A program made the translations under genes and the position numbers. DNA of 64,000 bases, from the NCBI GenBank assembly GCA_002307215.1, contig DBTU01000028.1:10331-74330 (forward strand), in the 5' to 3' direction. The notes below the pieces were generated by a model. It was not told the DNA's origin, did not search any database, and saw only the letters and a program-made list of their open reading frames with translations. How positions within the stretch are numbered: position 1 is the stretch's first letter; each line of letters opens with the position of its first letter. This document shows positions 10,943 to 21,521 of the stretch, in pieces. The stretch comes from Lachnoclostridium sp. UBA1308 (GTDB lineage Bacteria; Bacillota; Clostridia; Lachnospirales; Lachnospiraceae).

Positions 10943-11644
10943 TTATCTGCTCCTGTTATATTCCAGTGCACTTGTTAAGAATGACAAAATCAGGGGATGT
11001 GGTTTATCACAGGAAGAGCTTAACTGCGGTTGAAATAATGTAGCAATATAGAACCCTGAGCTTTCAAGTGTTAGTATTCTGGCTTCTCCATCTTCATCCA
11101 CACCCGACACCTTAAAACTATGCTGCTCAAGTATTTTCTGAAAGTCTTTATTTAATCCAAAATCACAATTATACTTTTCTTCAATTTCAATTCTTTCATA
11201 GATTTGATACAACCTGCTATTCCTGTCTATGCTGATATGTCTTGACTGAGCCATTAGTGAACATGATAAAGCCGCTATAAAAATATTTGGCAAATAAGGA
11301 TTAAAATCTCTATTCATCAATTCATCGAGCTGTAATACGTTTTTGGCAAATTCAAGAGCGGCATGCTGAAATCCACCGCAGGTTCCGAGAAATGGGATCT
11401 TGTTTTCCCTTGCATACTGTATCGCATGAATCGCTCCCCACATGCTTTGATAGGGACTTCCGGGAGCACACCATAAGCCGTCAAATTCTAGCAACTTATC
11501 ACCAACTCCTTGTTCCAAATCTGTAGTTGGCAGCCAGTATGACTCTTGATGTATTCCTAACTTAGCAGAGCAATGCTTTATCGCCTCCTGGGTTGCCAGA
11601 TGTGATGGTCTTCCATCATAATCACCTATAATACCGATTTTCAT
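10943..11644 (-). CDS. stand-alone class I glutamine amidotransferase (CTP synthase C-terminal-like)
   Basis: PGSPY, FLGTCGGFQH nucleophile elbow, FQPQLSS..PHPLI. Confidence 0.8.
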   Translation of the reverse strand: MKIGIIGDYDGRPSHLATQEAIKHCSAKLGIHQESYWLPTTDLEQGVGDKLLEFDGLWCAPGSPYQSMWGAIHAIQYARENKIPFLGTCGGFQHAALEFAKNVLQLDELMNRDFNPYLPNIFIAALSCSLMAQSRHISIDRNSRLYQIYERIEIEEKYNCDFGLNKDFQKILEQHSFKVSGVDEDGEARILTLESSGFYIATLFQPQLSSSCDKPHPLILSFLTSALEYNRSR

Positions 11645-11733
11645 GAATTCGCTCCTTCCAGATATTCCTCTGCATCAGCTATTTATTCATTAACACATAT
11701 TATTTACACATTAAGTAGCGCAAAAAGCAATAG

Positions 11734-12594
11734 TTATTTTAAAATATTCTGTTGTGTCTCTTTTTCCTTCAAGGGTGAACTGTCAGGGAACAGCATCGAT
11801 GCCCCTACACTTGCGGCTAAAATGCTAAAGATGATAAGCAGTGACCCTATGGTCGATATATGTAGATCAAATATAAGTATCGTCAGCTTAATGCCGGTAA
11901 AGGTAAGGATAAAGGCTACCCCGTATTTCACATAACGGAACCTCTCATGAAGTTTCCCAAGAACAAAGTACATATTTCTAAGTCCTAATAGTGCAAAAAT
12001 ATTAGAGGTATATACAATGAACGCATCCGTGGTTATCGAAAAGACAGCCGGAATCGAGTCAACCGCAAACAAGATATCTGTAAACTCAATAATAATTATA
12101 ACTGCAAACAATGGCGTGGCATAGAGTATTTTATTCCTTCTTACAAAAAATTTATCACCTTCCAGCTTATCCGTTACAGGGACTATCTTGTTTAGCAATT
12201 TAATCACCCTGCTGTTCTTATAATCCATATGTGCTTCCTCGCCAAACATCATTTTAAGTCCACTAATGATTAGAATTGCACCAAATACATAGAGCACCCA
12301 ATGAAACATATTGATGACCGCTATCCCCAGCAATATAAAAATCAATCTTAAGACTATCGCTCCTGCGATACCATAAGTCAAAACTCTTTTCTGATATTCC
12401 ATCTTAATTCCGAACGCTGAGAATACAACAATAAACAAAAATAAATTGTCAATGCTAAGGCTCTGCTCAATCACATAGCCTCCCAGAAATTCAAGCGCTT
12501 TTTCTTTCCCCATAAAAATCAATATTCCGATATTAAAACAAATTGCTGTCCCTACCCAAAAAGCTAACCAGGATAATGCTTTCTTCGTCTGCAT
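11734..12594 (-). CDS. TerC/Alx family Mn2+ homeostasis membrane protein
   Basis: EQSLSIDNLF, IEFTDILFAVDSIPA, SNIFALLGLR; preceded by yybP-ykoY riboswitch. Confidence 0.92.
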   Translation of the reverse strand: MQTKKALSWLAFWVGTAICFNIGILIFMGKEKALEFLGGYVIEQSLSIDNLFLFIVVFSAFGIKMEYQKRVLTYGIAGAIVLRLIFILLGIAVINMFHWVLYVFGAILIISGLKMMFGEEAHMDYKNSRVIKLLNKIVPVTDKLEGDKFFVRRNKILYATPLFAVIIIIEFTDILFAVDSIPAVFSITTDAFIVYTSNIFALLGLRNMYFVLGKLHERFRYVKYGVAFILTFTGIKLTILIFDLHISTIGSLLIIFSILAASVGASMLFPDSSPLKEKETQQNILK

Positions 12595-12664
12595 AATATA
12601 CCTCCTTAATTTTGCAAGAATTCGGCTACTCTGAATTCTTTATTTACACAATAGTTCCATTATT

Positions 12665-12785
12665 GTGACTATTCAGTCACTGCCGTTCTTTCGAACCGAT
12701 GCACACAAAATATGTTGAAAAACACATATTTTGGCGCCGGGTTTTCTCGAAATCCAGCGAATTTCTCGGGTTACTGAATAGTTAC
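12665..12785. mobile_element. 121-bp MITE with 16-bp terminal inverted repeats and 8-bp target-site duplication
   Basis: TIRs GTGACTATTCAGTCAC / GTTACTGAATAGTTAC (14/16); flanking direct repeat CCATTATT at 12657-12664 and 12786-12793. Confidence 0.8.
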
Positions 12786-12815
12786 CCATTATTTATCTTT
12801 TTGCTTTTAATATAT

Positions 12816-12947
12816 AAAAAAAGACTTCTAATATAACCTCGCATATGCAAAGTTATATCAAAAGTCTTGCTATCCATAAATGGAGTATAAGCCAGGCAAT
12901 ACCACTGCCGATTGTTGACTTAATACTTATAAGCTACTCCCTCTTAA
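12816..12947 (-). ncRNA. yybP-ykoY manganese riboswitch with overlapping terminator
   Basis: Minus strand AAGAGGGAGTAGC...AGTCAACA...GCAAGACTTT, then hairpin GACTTTTGATATAAC...GTTATATTAGAAGTC + T run; promoter TTGACA-17-TATAGT at 12955-12983; upstream of TerC. Confidence 0.85.
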
Positions 12948-13001
12948 TATTGTTACTATAAAGTATTGGGCCTTCTGTGTCAATCTTCAGATATTACCAT
13001 C

Positions 13002-14294
<1,293 letters not shown>

Positions 14295-14526
14295 TTACAT
14301 AATAAAACTTAGTGTTTTATTACAGTCAAATGTATTATACCCAATTACCTACTGAGTATAATACATTTTTTCGTATAAGTAAAATCAATATTAATTATAC
14401 AATGCATAATCAATGATTATACTATGTACATAAATCCTCCTAAGATATCAGCACTAAAGGTTATCATTTAAGGCTATCATTTTATTTTATAGCATAAGGT
14501 TAACGTTGAATGTCAATTTTATTTGT

Positions 14527-15444
14527 CTATGGAAGAATATTCCCTGCTGAAACATAAATTTCATACCATTCTTCTCTGGTCAAGTACAGCTCTGAGGCAC
14601 CACAGATTTCCTCCAGACGCTTTTCATTCATGGTTCCGGTAACCGGCTGCATCTTAGCGGGATGTCTTAACAACCAGGCCATAGCTATGGCTGTATTGCT
14701 GACTCCGTAACTTTTAGCAATCCGATTAATGGTCTCATTGAGCTTCGGAAATTTATCATTATCCAGAAATACTCCTTCAAAAAATCCGAACTGATAAGGA
14801 GACCATGGTTGTATAGTTATGTCTTGCAGTCTGCAAAAATCCAGAATACTTCCATCCCTGTCAATCGCCTTATCCGTTGTCATATTAACCTCAAGACCGT
14901 TACTGATCATATTGGTATTGGTTGCGCTCAACTGCAGTTGATTAGCTACAATCGGCTGCTTTACATATCTTTGTAATAGCTGTATCTGCATCGGCTTTTG
15001 ATTGGACACGCCAAAATAACGAACCTTACCGGACTGATACAGATGATCAAAGGCCTCAGCCACCTCTTCCGGCTCCACCAGCGCATCCGGCCTGTGAAGC
15101 AGAAAAACATCCAAATAATCCGTCTTTAACCGCTTCAGAATTTCATCAACGGAATTTAAGATATACTCCTTTGAAAAATCAAACCTTCCCTGCCTTATTC
15201 CGCATTTAGACTGTAAAATCATCTTCTCACGTACGGACGGACTCATATGGACAGCCTCCGCAAAAATCTCTTCACAATGTCCCGCCCCATAAATATCCGC
15301 ATGGTCAAAAAAGTTTGCACCAAGCTCTAAGGCCTTCTCAACAAAGCTTTCCGCCTTCTGCTTCTCAAGTCCATTAATTCTCATACACCCGATTGCTATA
15401 TTCGGGACCTGTAACCCGCTTTTACCCAGTTCAATCTTTTTCAT
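14527..15444 (-). CDS. aldo/keto reductase (YdhF/YcsN-like)
   Basis: FDHADIYG, QSKCGI, LLHRPD, GVSN. Confidence 0.9.
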   Translation of the reverse strand: MKKIELGKSGLQVPNIAIGCMRINGLEKQKAESFVEKALELGANFFDHADIYGAGHCEEIFAEAVHMSPSVREKMILQSKCGIRQGRFDFSKEYILNSVDEILKRLKTDYLDVFLLHRPDALVEPEEVAEAFDHLYQSGKVRYFGVSNQKPMQIQLLQRYVKQPIVANQLQLSATNTNMISNGLEVNMTTDKAIDRDGSILDFCRLQDITIQPWSPYQFGFFEGVFLDNDKFPKLNETINRIAKSYGVSNTAIAMAWLLRHPAKMQPVTGTMNEKRLEEICGASELYLTREEWYEIYVSAGNILP

Positions 15445-15598
15445 GTCAATTCCTCCAGTATATCATATTTCAGCCTTCACCGGCTGTTATTGTTTCATCT
15501 GTTAACATAATCAACGATAGGATGCCCTATTGATTTCAATACAATTCTCCGTTGACAAATGGTATTGGATCAATTGTAAATAACCCACCTATGGCTTC

Positions 15599-15629
15599 AC
15601 TATAATCCTTAGAGTTTACTCGAAGTCAA
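15599..15629 (-). promoter_or_regulatory. MerR-type promoter with AdhR/NmlR-like dyad
   Basis: TTGACT-19 bp-TATAGT with dyad CTTCGAGT-AA-ACTCTAAG overlapping the -35 and spacer. Confidence 0.75.
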
Positions 15630-15649
15630 GAGCAATCGTAGGCCTTATA

Positions 15650-16348
15650 TTAAAACATCGCAGGAAAGTTCTTACCACCTGTCAGCCTCTCAACGATTTC
15701 ATCCGCCGCTCTCTGTATAAAATCCAAAGTTTCCTCAAAGGTTATATATGTTGGCTGAAGAATTTCTTGTGTATCCTTTATATAACGGTGAAGCAACCAG
15801 TCTCTGCAAGAATATATTTCATCCTCACTGAGATACCCGGCGACCGGATAAACCTTCGCCTCCTCTAGGCCTTTAAATATATCACCAAAGTCGGTATAAT
15901 ACTTAGCAAGCAGGAAATCATTCCTGGTCATGTCGCTGACAACATATTCAAAGAAGCGTGGGTCACCCTGGTCAATATCAAGCTTTTCTAAGGTCTTACA
16001 GAATTCTTCACGGACTGTCACAACATAAAGCTCATCTGCCAGGACATGCACCACATACCCCCGATATAAATCCAGCAAGCCATCGTCAATCTCTCTGTAC
16101 CTAACAATGAAATCTGTAACCCGGCTGCAAAATAAAGCCCTATTTTCTTCCTTTACAAAATCCCTATCCAGGATGTCGTCACGAAAATGAGTATGCTTCT
16201 TATATTCTCTTATGTAATTCTCTCTAAGATGAATTGCATCAGGAGCAAGATTTCCCAGATAGAAAAGGCCCCTATCACCGATTGTTCCCTCCGGCAGACG
16301 CTTACAGATTTCACTTGCCAATACCAAATGCGTAACTAGACCAGCCAT
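15650..16348 (-). CDS. zinc-dependent phospholipase C-like protein
   Basis: N-terminal H, LGNLAPD, THF, GYVVHVLAD metal-binding pattern. Confidence 0.65.
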   Translation of the reverse strand: MAGLVTHLVLASEICKRLPEGTIGDRGLFYLGNLAPDAIHLRENYIREYKKHTHFRDDILDRDFVKEENRALFCSRVTDFIVRYREIDDGLLDLYRGYVVHVLADELYVVTVREEFCKTLEKLDIDQGDPRFFEYVVSDMTRNDFLLAKYYTDFGDIFKGLEEAKVYPVAGYLSEDEIYSCRDWLLHRYIKDTQEILQPTYITFEETLDFIQRAADEIVERLTGGKNFPAMF

Positions 16349-16665
16349 GCTGTCCCTCCATCAATAACTCTGTGTAGCAATACTGTATGATAAGACTGTT
16401 TTCACCTTTTATCACAATGCCACTTTTTTTAGACAAAATGGCTCCATTATTTCAAATATTCTTATTAAAAATGATAACACGAAACGAACTAATGTTCAAT
16501 TACTTTTACTTACTATGGTATGAAATCAGCTATTTATCCTATCGGGTCTAATAAAATATATTAATTAAAAAAGGTTGTAGAATAATGTGGAAATGATATA
16601 CTGGAAGAAAATATCTTTTCATTCTTAACCACCGGAAAATGATGAAAAAGGAAGGAGAATACCTC

Positions 16666-16758
16666 ATGTATCCTATTCGATATCCCTGTTAACTTTTAGC
16701 CCGACCACCACCATACCTTATATGATTTATGCATTAGCATGTAGAAAATTATATAAGG
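16666..16758 (+). promoter_or_regulatory. leader peptide (MYPIRYPC) and RBS-sequestering hairpin upstream of the MFS gene
   Basis: GGAAGGAG RBS, ATG 16666-TAA 16692; CCTTATATGATTT(16716)/AAATTATATAAGG(16746) stem covers the AAGG of the MFS RBS. Confidence 0.6.
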
Positions 16759-16767
16759 AGATTTACT

Positions 16768-17958
16768 ATGAATTATTATAAAAATAAATGGCTTTTATAT
16801 GCGATTATCTTCTTTCATAACTTAATTCCGGCTTATGTCATTGAGCGTCTGTTTTATCAAGAACGTGGAATGACGGTACAAATGGTGGTTTATTGCGAAA
16901 TAGTGTATGCTATCGCAATTATCCTATTTGAAATTCCGTCGGGTGCCCTTGCAGACAAAATCGGAAGAAAAAAGCTGATTGTGATTAGTAGCATTTTGCA
17001 CGGTTTTCAATTTTTTGCTTTGGTTTATGCACATACCTTTAGGGACTTTGCTATTGTAACTTTTATTTGCGGTATTGGAACAGCTTTTAGCAGTGGAGCC
17101 TTTAACGCATTACTTTTTGACTCATTAAAGATGAGCAATCGGGAATCTGAATTTGAAGCTGTCTGTGGAAATATGAATGCTCTTGATTTTACGGCTGGGT
17201 TATTAGCTGCATTGTCCGGAGGATTTTTAGCCTTTCATTTTGGCTTTACTTTTAATTATTGGCTTTCATTCATAAGTTCAATTTTAGCAGTTGCATTTTC
17301 TTTATTTCTGCAGGAACCGTCAACTCATTATTTCAGTAAAAGCAAGCTAACATTTCAGCAGATTATAACAACAGCATTTTCCTTCTTTAAGACCAATATC
17401 AATGCTTTGAAGATTTGTATAAATGCAACTATTATCTCCGCTTGCATTGTCTACATTGATGAGTTTTGGCAGCTTTACTTAGAACATATTTCATTTTCTG
17501 TTATGTTTTTTGGAATCGTCTCATCGATTATTTGTGGTGGTAGAATACTAGGATCCTTACTTTCTGCAAGATTGTTAAAACATTTTAAACTCACTACTAT
17601 TCTGATCTTTGTTTCGTTTTTATGTGGCTTTGGTATCGTAATGGCCTCCATTGTTCAAAGTGTTATAGGTGTTCTGGGTTTCATATTAGCTATAAGCATG
17701 GCCGCATTGATCGACCCTTTGGTAATGGGGTATTTGCATCATCATGCCGACCCTGAAGCAAGAGCAACGATTGAATCAATTATGTCATTAATAGAACGAA
17801 TCATAACTATAATTTTAGGGCTATTCTTTGGATTTGTTGCAACAAAATTTAGTATAATAACGGGATTTTGGTTCATTGGCACCTTTGTCATTATACTTAC
17901 GATCATTTTCTATTTTATATTTCATTTAAGGAAATTTACCGGCAACTTTAAAACTTAG
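16768..17958 (+). CDS. MFS transporter (putative efflux)
   Basis: ~12 hydrophobic segments; FEIPSGALADKIGRK motif A. Confidence 0.9.
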   Translation: MNYYKNKWLLYAIIFFHNLIPAYVIERLFYQERGMTVQMVVYCEIVYAIAIILFEIPSGALADKIGRKKLIVISSILHGFQFFALVYAHTFRDFAIVTFICGIGTAFSSGAFNALLFDSLKMSNRESEFEAVCGNMNALDFTAGLLAALSGGFLAFHFGFTFNYWLSFISSILAVAFSLFLQEPSTHYFSKSKLTFQQIITTAFSFFKTNINALKICINATIISACIVYIDEFWQLYLEHISFSVMFFGIVSSIICGGRILGSLLSARLLKHFKLTTILIFVSFLCGFGIVMASIVQSVIGVLGFILAISMAALIDPLVMGYLHHHADPEARATIESIMSLIERIITIILGLFFGFVATKFSIITGFWFIGTFVIILTIIFYFIFHLRKFTGNFKT

Positions 17959-17988
17959 ACTCATTCATATTTTCAAAGGGGATGTACA

Positions 17989-18393
17989 ATGAAAAAGTTA
18001 TTTCTTATCATGGGATTTGTTTTGATATTACTTGTTGGCTGTAATAAAGCCAGTGAAAGAGTTACAATAACTACTGACAGAACTTCATATACTCCTTCAA
18101 TGTCATCAGCACAAGGAATTAAAATGACACCTAATTTTGAAACGAAAAAGAGTTACGAAGATTTAATTTATCACTGGGAAACTGCCGAAGGTGAATTTAT
18201 TGGCATAGGAAAAGAAGCGGAGAATCAAGGTGAACCTGTTCTATGGAGTGCTGTCGAGAATGATAAAGTCGTAGACATAAAGAAGTCATTCGATATAGAA
18301 TTAGAAGTTATCGATAGTGATAGTAAGAAGGTATTAGCAACTACAAAAGTAACAATTACTCCTAACGACGGTTTTTATAAAGTAAAGCAATGA
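17989..18393 (+). CDS. lipoprotein of unknown function
   Basis: MKK + hydrophobic stretch + LVGC lipobox. Confidence 0.8.
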   Translation: MKKLFLIMGFVLILLVGCNKASERVTITTDRTSYTPSMSSAQGIKMTPNFETKKSYEDLIYHWETAEGEFIGIGKEAENQGEPVLWSAVENDKVVDIKKSFDIELEVIDSDSKKVLATTKVTITPNDGFYKVKQ

Positions 18394-18496
18394 TAACCTA
18401 ATTATTTAAATAAATCTATTAATAATAATCAAAATTATTCTTAACCATAGCCTTTTATTATATTAGAATAGGGGCTTTTGCATATATAGTGCACTG

Positions 18497-18834
18497 AAAA
18501 AGTCCCTTTCATAGTCTTGACATGAATAAAGGTGTATGATTCGAGTGTCGAAAGTCGAAAATTAACTTAATGTATGGATATCGTCGTATATATAATCATG
18601 CAGGCAGACCGGCTGACGACGGCTGTCCATATTCGTTTTGAGACTCAAGTGAAAATGGCGCCTACTTTTGCGCCATTTTCATTATGTTTTGAGGCTCGAA
18701 TAAGAATATGCCTAGGAAGGAAAGGCAACCAAATGAATATATATACAACGATATTCATGGCATATCCTAAAGCGATTTTTGACATTCGAATCGATTATAC
18801 ATCTTTATTCATTAACTACCTAAAAAGTGACTTT
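18497..18834. repeat. ~340-bp imperfect palindrome centred near 18666
   Basis: Nested complementary arms 18522-18553/18777-18812, 18574-18599/18733-18758, 18628-18649/18688-18710, 18650-18661/18670-18681. Confidence 0.85.
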
Positions 18835-18850
18835 TAATTCCAACCTATTA

Positions 18851-19288
18851 CTACTTTATCCCGGTCGACCCAAATCCATTACTGCCTCTTTGCGTTTCAT
18901 CAAGAATATCTTTCTCATCAAATTCCACAGCAAGATACGGCATAACAACTATTTGTGCAATTCTTTCATTGGGATTTATTGTCTTCCTATCGTTCGTATC
19001 ATTATGCAACGGAACTATAATTTCGCCTCGGTAATCACTATCAATTACGCCAACGCAGTTTGCCGGTCTTAAGCCTTGCTTTGTTGCCAGTCCGCTCCTG
19101 GCATAAACTGCTCCGAAATATCCATCCGGTATCGCTATTGATAATCCTGTTCCAATCATAACTGTTGCGTGTGCTTCTACATTTACTGCTTCTACATTGT
19201 TGGAATATAAATCCCATCCGGCTGCCTGCTCACTTCCCCTGGTTGGAAGCAGTGCTTTCTCATTTAGCTTTTTAATATCTATCTTCAT
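18851..19288 (-). CDS. dut: dUTP diphosphatase
   Basis: AAGWDL, ARSGLA, GVIDSDYRGE, ERIAQ, RGSNGFGSTG. Confidence 0.97.
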   Translation of the reverse strand: MKIDIKKLNEKALLPTRGSEQAAGWDLYSNNVEAVNVEAHATVMIGTGLSIAIPDGYFGAVYARSGLATKQGLRPANCVGVIDSDYRGEIIVPLHNDTNDRKTINPNERIAQIVVMPYLAVEFDEKDILDETQRGSNGFGSTGIK

Positions 19289-19305
19289 AATTTTAGTCCA
19301 TCCTT

Positions 19306-20190
19306 TTATGTTTCCATCATATCCAACAGCTTTTTTGCTGCCGTTGAGATGGGGTTTAATTTTCCTGTAATGATGCAGAAATGCCTTTGGGGAATCTCCT
19401 TTTCAAACTGAAGCTCAAACAGATCTCCTGAGGTTATCGCTTCCTGGGCAAAATTTCTCACGACACATCCGACACCAAGATTTCGTATTGCAAACTTAAC
19501 GATGATATCACTCATAGCCAACTCAAATTCAGGCTTTAGGACGACATCATTTCCCTTTAAGAATTCATTAATATACTTACGGGAGCTGGTATTATGCTCC
19601 AAGCAAATGATTGGAAGCTCCTCAAGGGCCTTAAAGGATAATATACTTCCTCTAAGCCGACTAAATCGACCACCTGCCACAAATACATCCTGTATTTCAT
19701 TTACCTGCTTGACCTCAATCTCCGGCTTTGCTTCAAAGGGCTCACTGACAATACCAAAATCAATCTTACCCTCATAGAGATATTCCAGTGTCTCAGGAGT
19801 TGGTGCATTCGTTACCGTCACTTTGATTTTCGGGTATTTTTCATGAAATTGTTCCAGATAAGGTAGTAGATGAAACTGAAGTGTCATGTCGCTGGCACCG
19901 ATTCGGATTTCACCGTTTTCAAGATCGAGCATTTTACGGAATATCTGCTCACCCATGAGTATATATTCATAACCTTTCTGGACATAGTTAAAAAGAACCT
20001 CCCCCTCCGGGGTAAGCCTGACTCCCTTTGGAATTCGGAGGAACAGTTTACTTCCAAGGCAGGACTCCAGCATCTTGATTGCTTGACTGACTGCGGGTTG
20101 GGAGATACAAAGTGCCTCACCCGCTAGGGTAAAGCTCCCTGCCTTCGCTACATGGTAAAATATTTTGTAATACTCTAAATCAACATTCAT
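19306..20190 (-). CDS. LysR family transcriptional regulator
   Basis: SFTLAGEALCISQPAVSQAIKMLE HTH; substrate-binding domain. Confidence 0.93.
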   Translation of the reverse strand: MNVDLEYYKIFYHVAKAGSFTLAGEALCISQPAVSQAIKMLESCLGSKLFLRIPKGVRLTPEGEVLFNYVQKGYEYILMGEQIFRKMLDLENGEIRIGASDMTLQFHLLPYLEQFHEKYPKIKVTVTNAPTPETLEYLYEGKIDFGIVSEPFEAKPEIEVKQVNEIQDVFVAGGRFSRLRGSILSFKALEELPIICLEHNTSSRKYINEFLKGNDVVLKPEFELAMSDIIVKFAIRNLGVGCVVRNFAQEAITSGDLFELQFEKEIPQRHFCIITGKLNPISTAAKKLLDMMET

Positions 20191-20530
20191 GGCGTATCCT
20201 CTGAGGTTTCTGGCATTTAACCATAGTATACTATGTTTTCCTGTCTATTTCTACATATTTCTCGGACATAGTCTCAATATTTCACTATCCGCGGCTTTAC
20301 ATCTCTTCCAATATCACCCTTCCGGTCTCTCCCACAGCTTTAGTATTATCTTGATTCCCAGAAAACCACCTTCCATATTGGTACTGCCACTGCCTTCCAT
20401 ACGCTTCAAATATCTGCTCATATTCAAAATATTATAACAGCAAATATTCATGTACAATTATCATAAATTACTGGTTTATATCTAAAACTATCAAGGTATA
20501 GCATGATAGGTCTGCTTATGAATTTACTGA

Positions 20531-20731
20531 GATAAGATTCATTATAATGTAAACGGCATGTTTAACACAATTGTAAAAACTCAGATAAAAAATGCTCTTG
20601 AGGAAATGGATGGAGTGCAGAAGGTGAATATTGACCTTCAGCGTGCGACAGTGGAAGTTGACTATAATGAACCTGCTGCCGAGCAGGAAATCAGAAACAC
20701 AATCGAACATATCGGATGTAAGGTAGAATAA
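20531..20731 (+). pseudogene. heavy-metal-associated (CopZ-fold) small protein lacking its start codon
   Basis: DKIHYNVNGMFNTIVKTQIKNALEEMDGVQKVNIDLQRATVEVDY...; preceded in frame by TGA, no RBS; CxxC absent. Confidence 0.6.
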
Positions 20732-20984
20732 CTAAAAGTCAGGAGCTGAATATTATGCCGTGTGTAATCACAGGGTATCAATAATTTCAGTTCCTGATTC
20801 ATTATAATAACTATGCCTTTCTTCACAGTCTACAAACTACCTATACTGTAACACCGGGCACATCGAATGGAGTATCTGTATTTAATAGTGGTTTTTTAAG
20901 CAATAAAAATATATAATGATTTACAGTTAGTGCGGTAGGTTGCTCCCTCCCAATAACAATAACATGATTACAGTGGAATAACCT

Positions 20985-21487
20985 ATGAAAATGAAACACT
21001 TTATTAAATTTTCCTTCTTTGGTGTGTGCACAGTTTTATTGAAACAAAAAAGACCGATATTGGGTACTATTATTGTTACGGACCAATGTAATTATCCTGT
21101 AAGCATTGTTCGGTAAATAATATTACGTCTAAGATATATCCTTATCAGCAAATACAGTCAGAGATGCGGCTGTTATATAAAAAGGGAATTCGGATTTTAT
21201 TCTTGTGTGGCGGTGAAACCTTTCTATGGAAGGATGGTGATAAAACTATCCGAGATCTGGTAAAGGAAGCAAAGGAAATGGGTTTCTTGATTGTAAATGT
21301 GGTTACGAACGGAACCTTCCCTCTTGATTTACCGGAAGCGGATTTAATTATGCTCAGTCTCGACGGAGATAAAAATAAGCATAATATGATCCGGGGTGAT
21401 ATGAATTACGGGAAGCCATTTTGGGCTTCCCGTAAAAATTGTCACATTATCAACTCTGTTACTAAACATAGCCTGAATCTATTATGA
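20985..21487 (+). pseudogene. radical SAM protein, frameshifted and truncated
   Basis: TDQCN/[frameshift]SCKHC (CxxxCxxC split near 21092), GGE, VTNGT, LSLDG; similarity ends at IRGD, next to the purB terminator. Confidence 0.8.
21406..21435. terminator. intrinsic terminator (purB)
   Basis: TTACGGGAAGCC...GGCTTCCCGTAA. Confidence 0.7.
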
Positions 21488-21521
21488 AATCATAAAGTTC
21501 ATATAAAACCGTGTACGGTCA

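Noticed and set aside
10705-11043. ORF with LICLICLIC repeats
   Set aside because: Artefact of translating the 9-bp tandem repeat; antisense to two real genes
18574-18837. 87-aa ORF across the palindrome
   Set aside because: No RBS at 18574 and it reads through a hairpin; only the internal ATG at 18733 has an RBS
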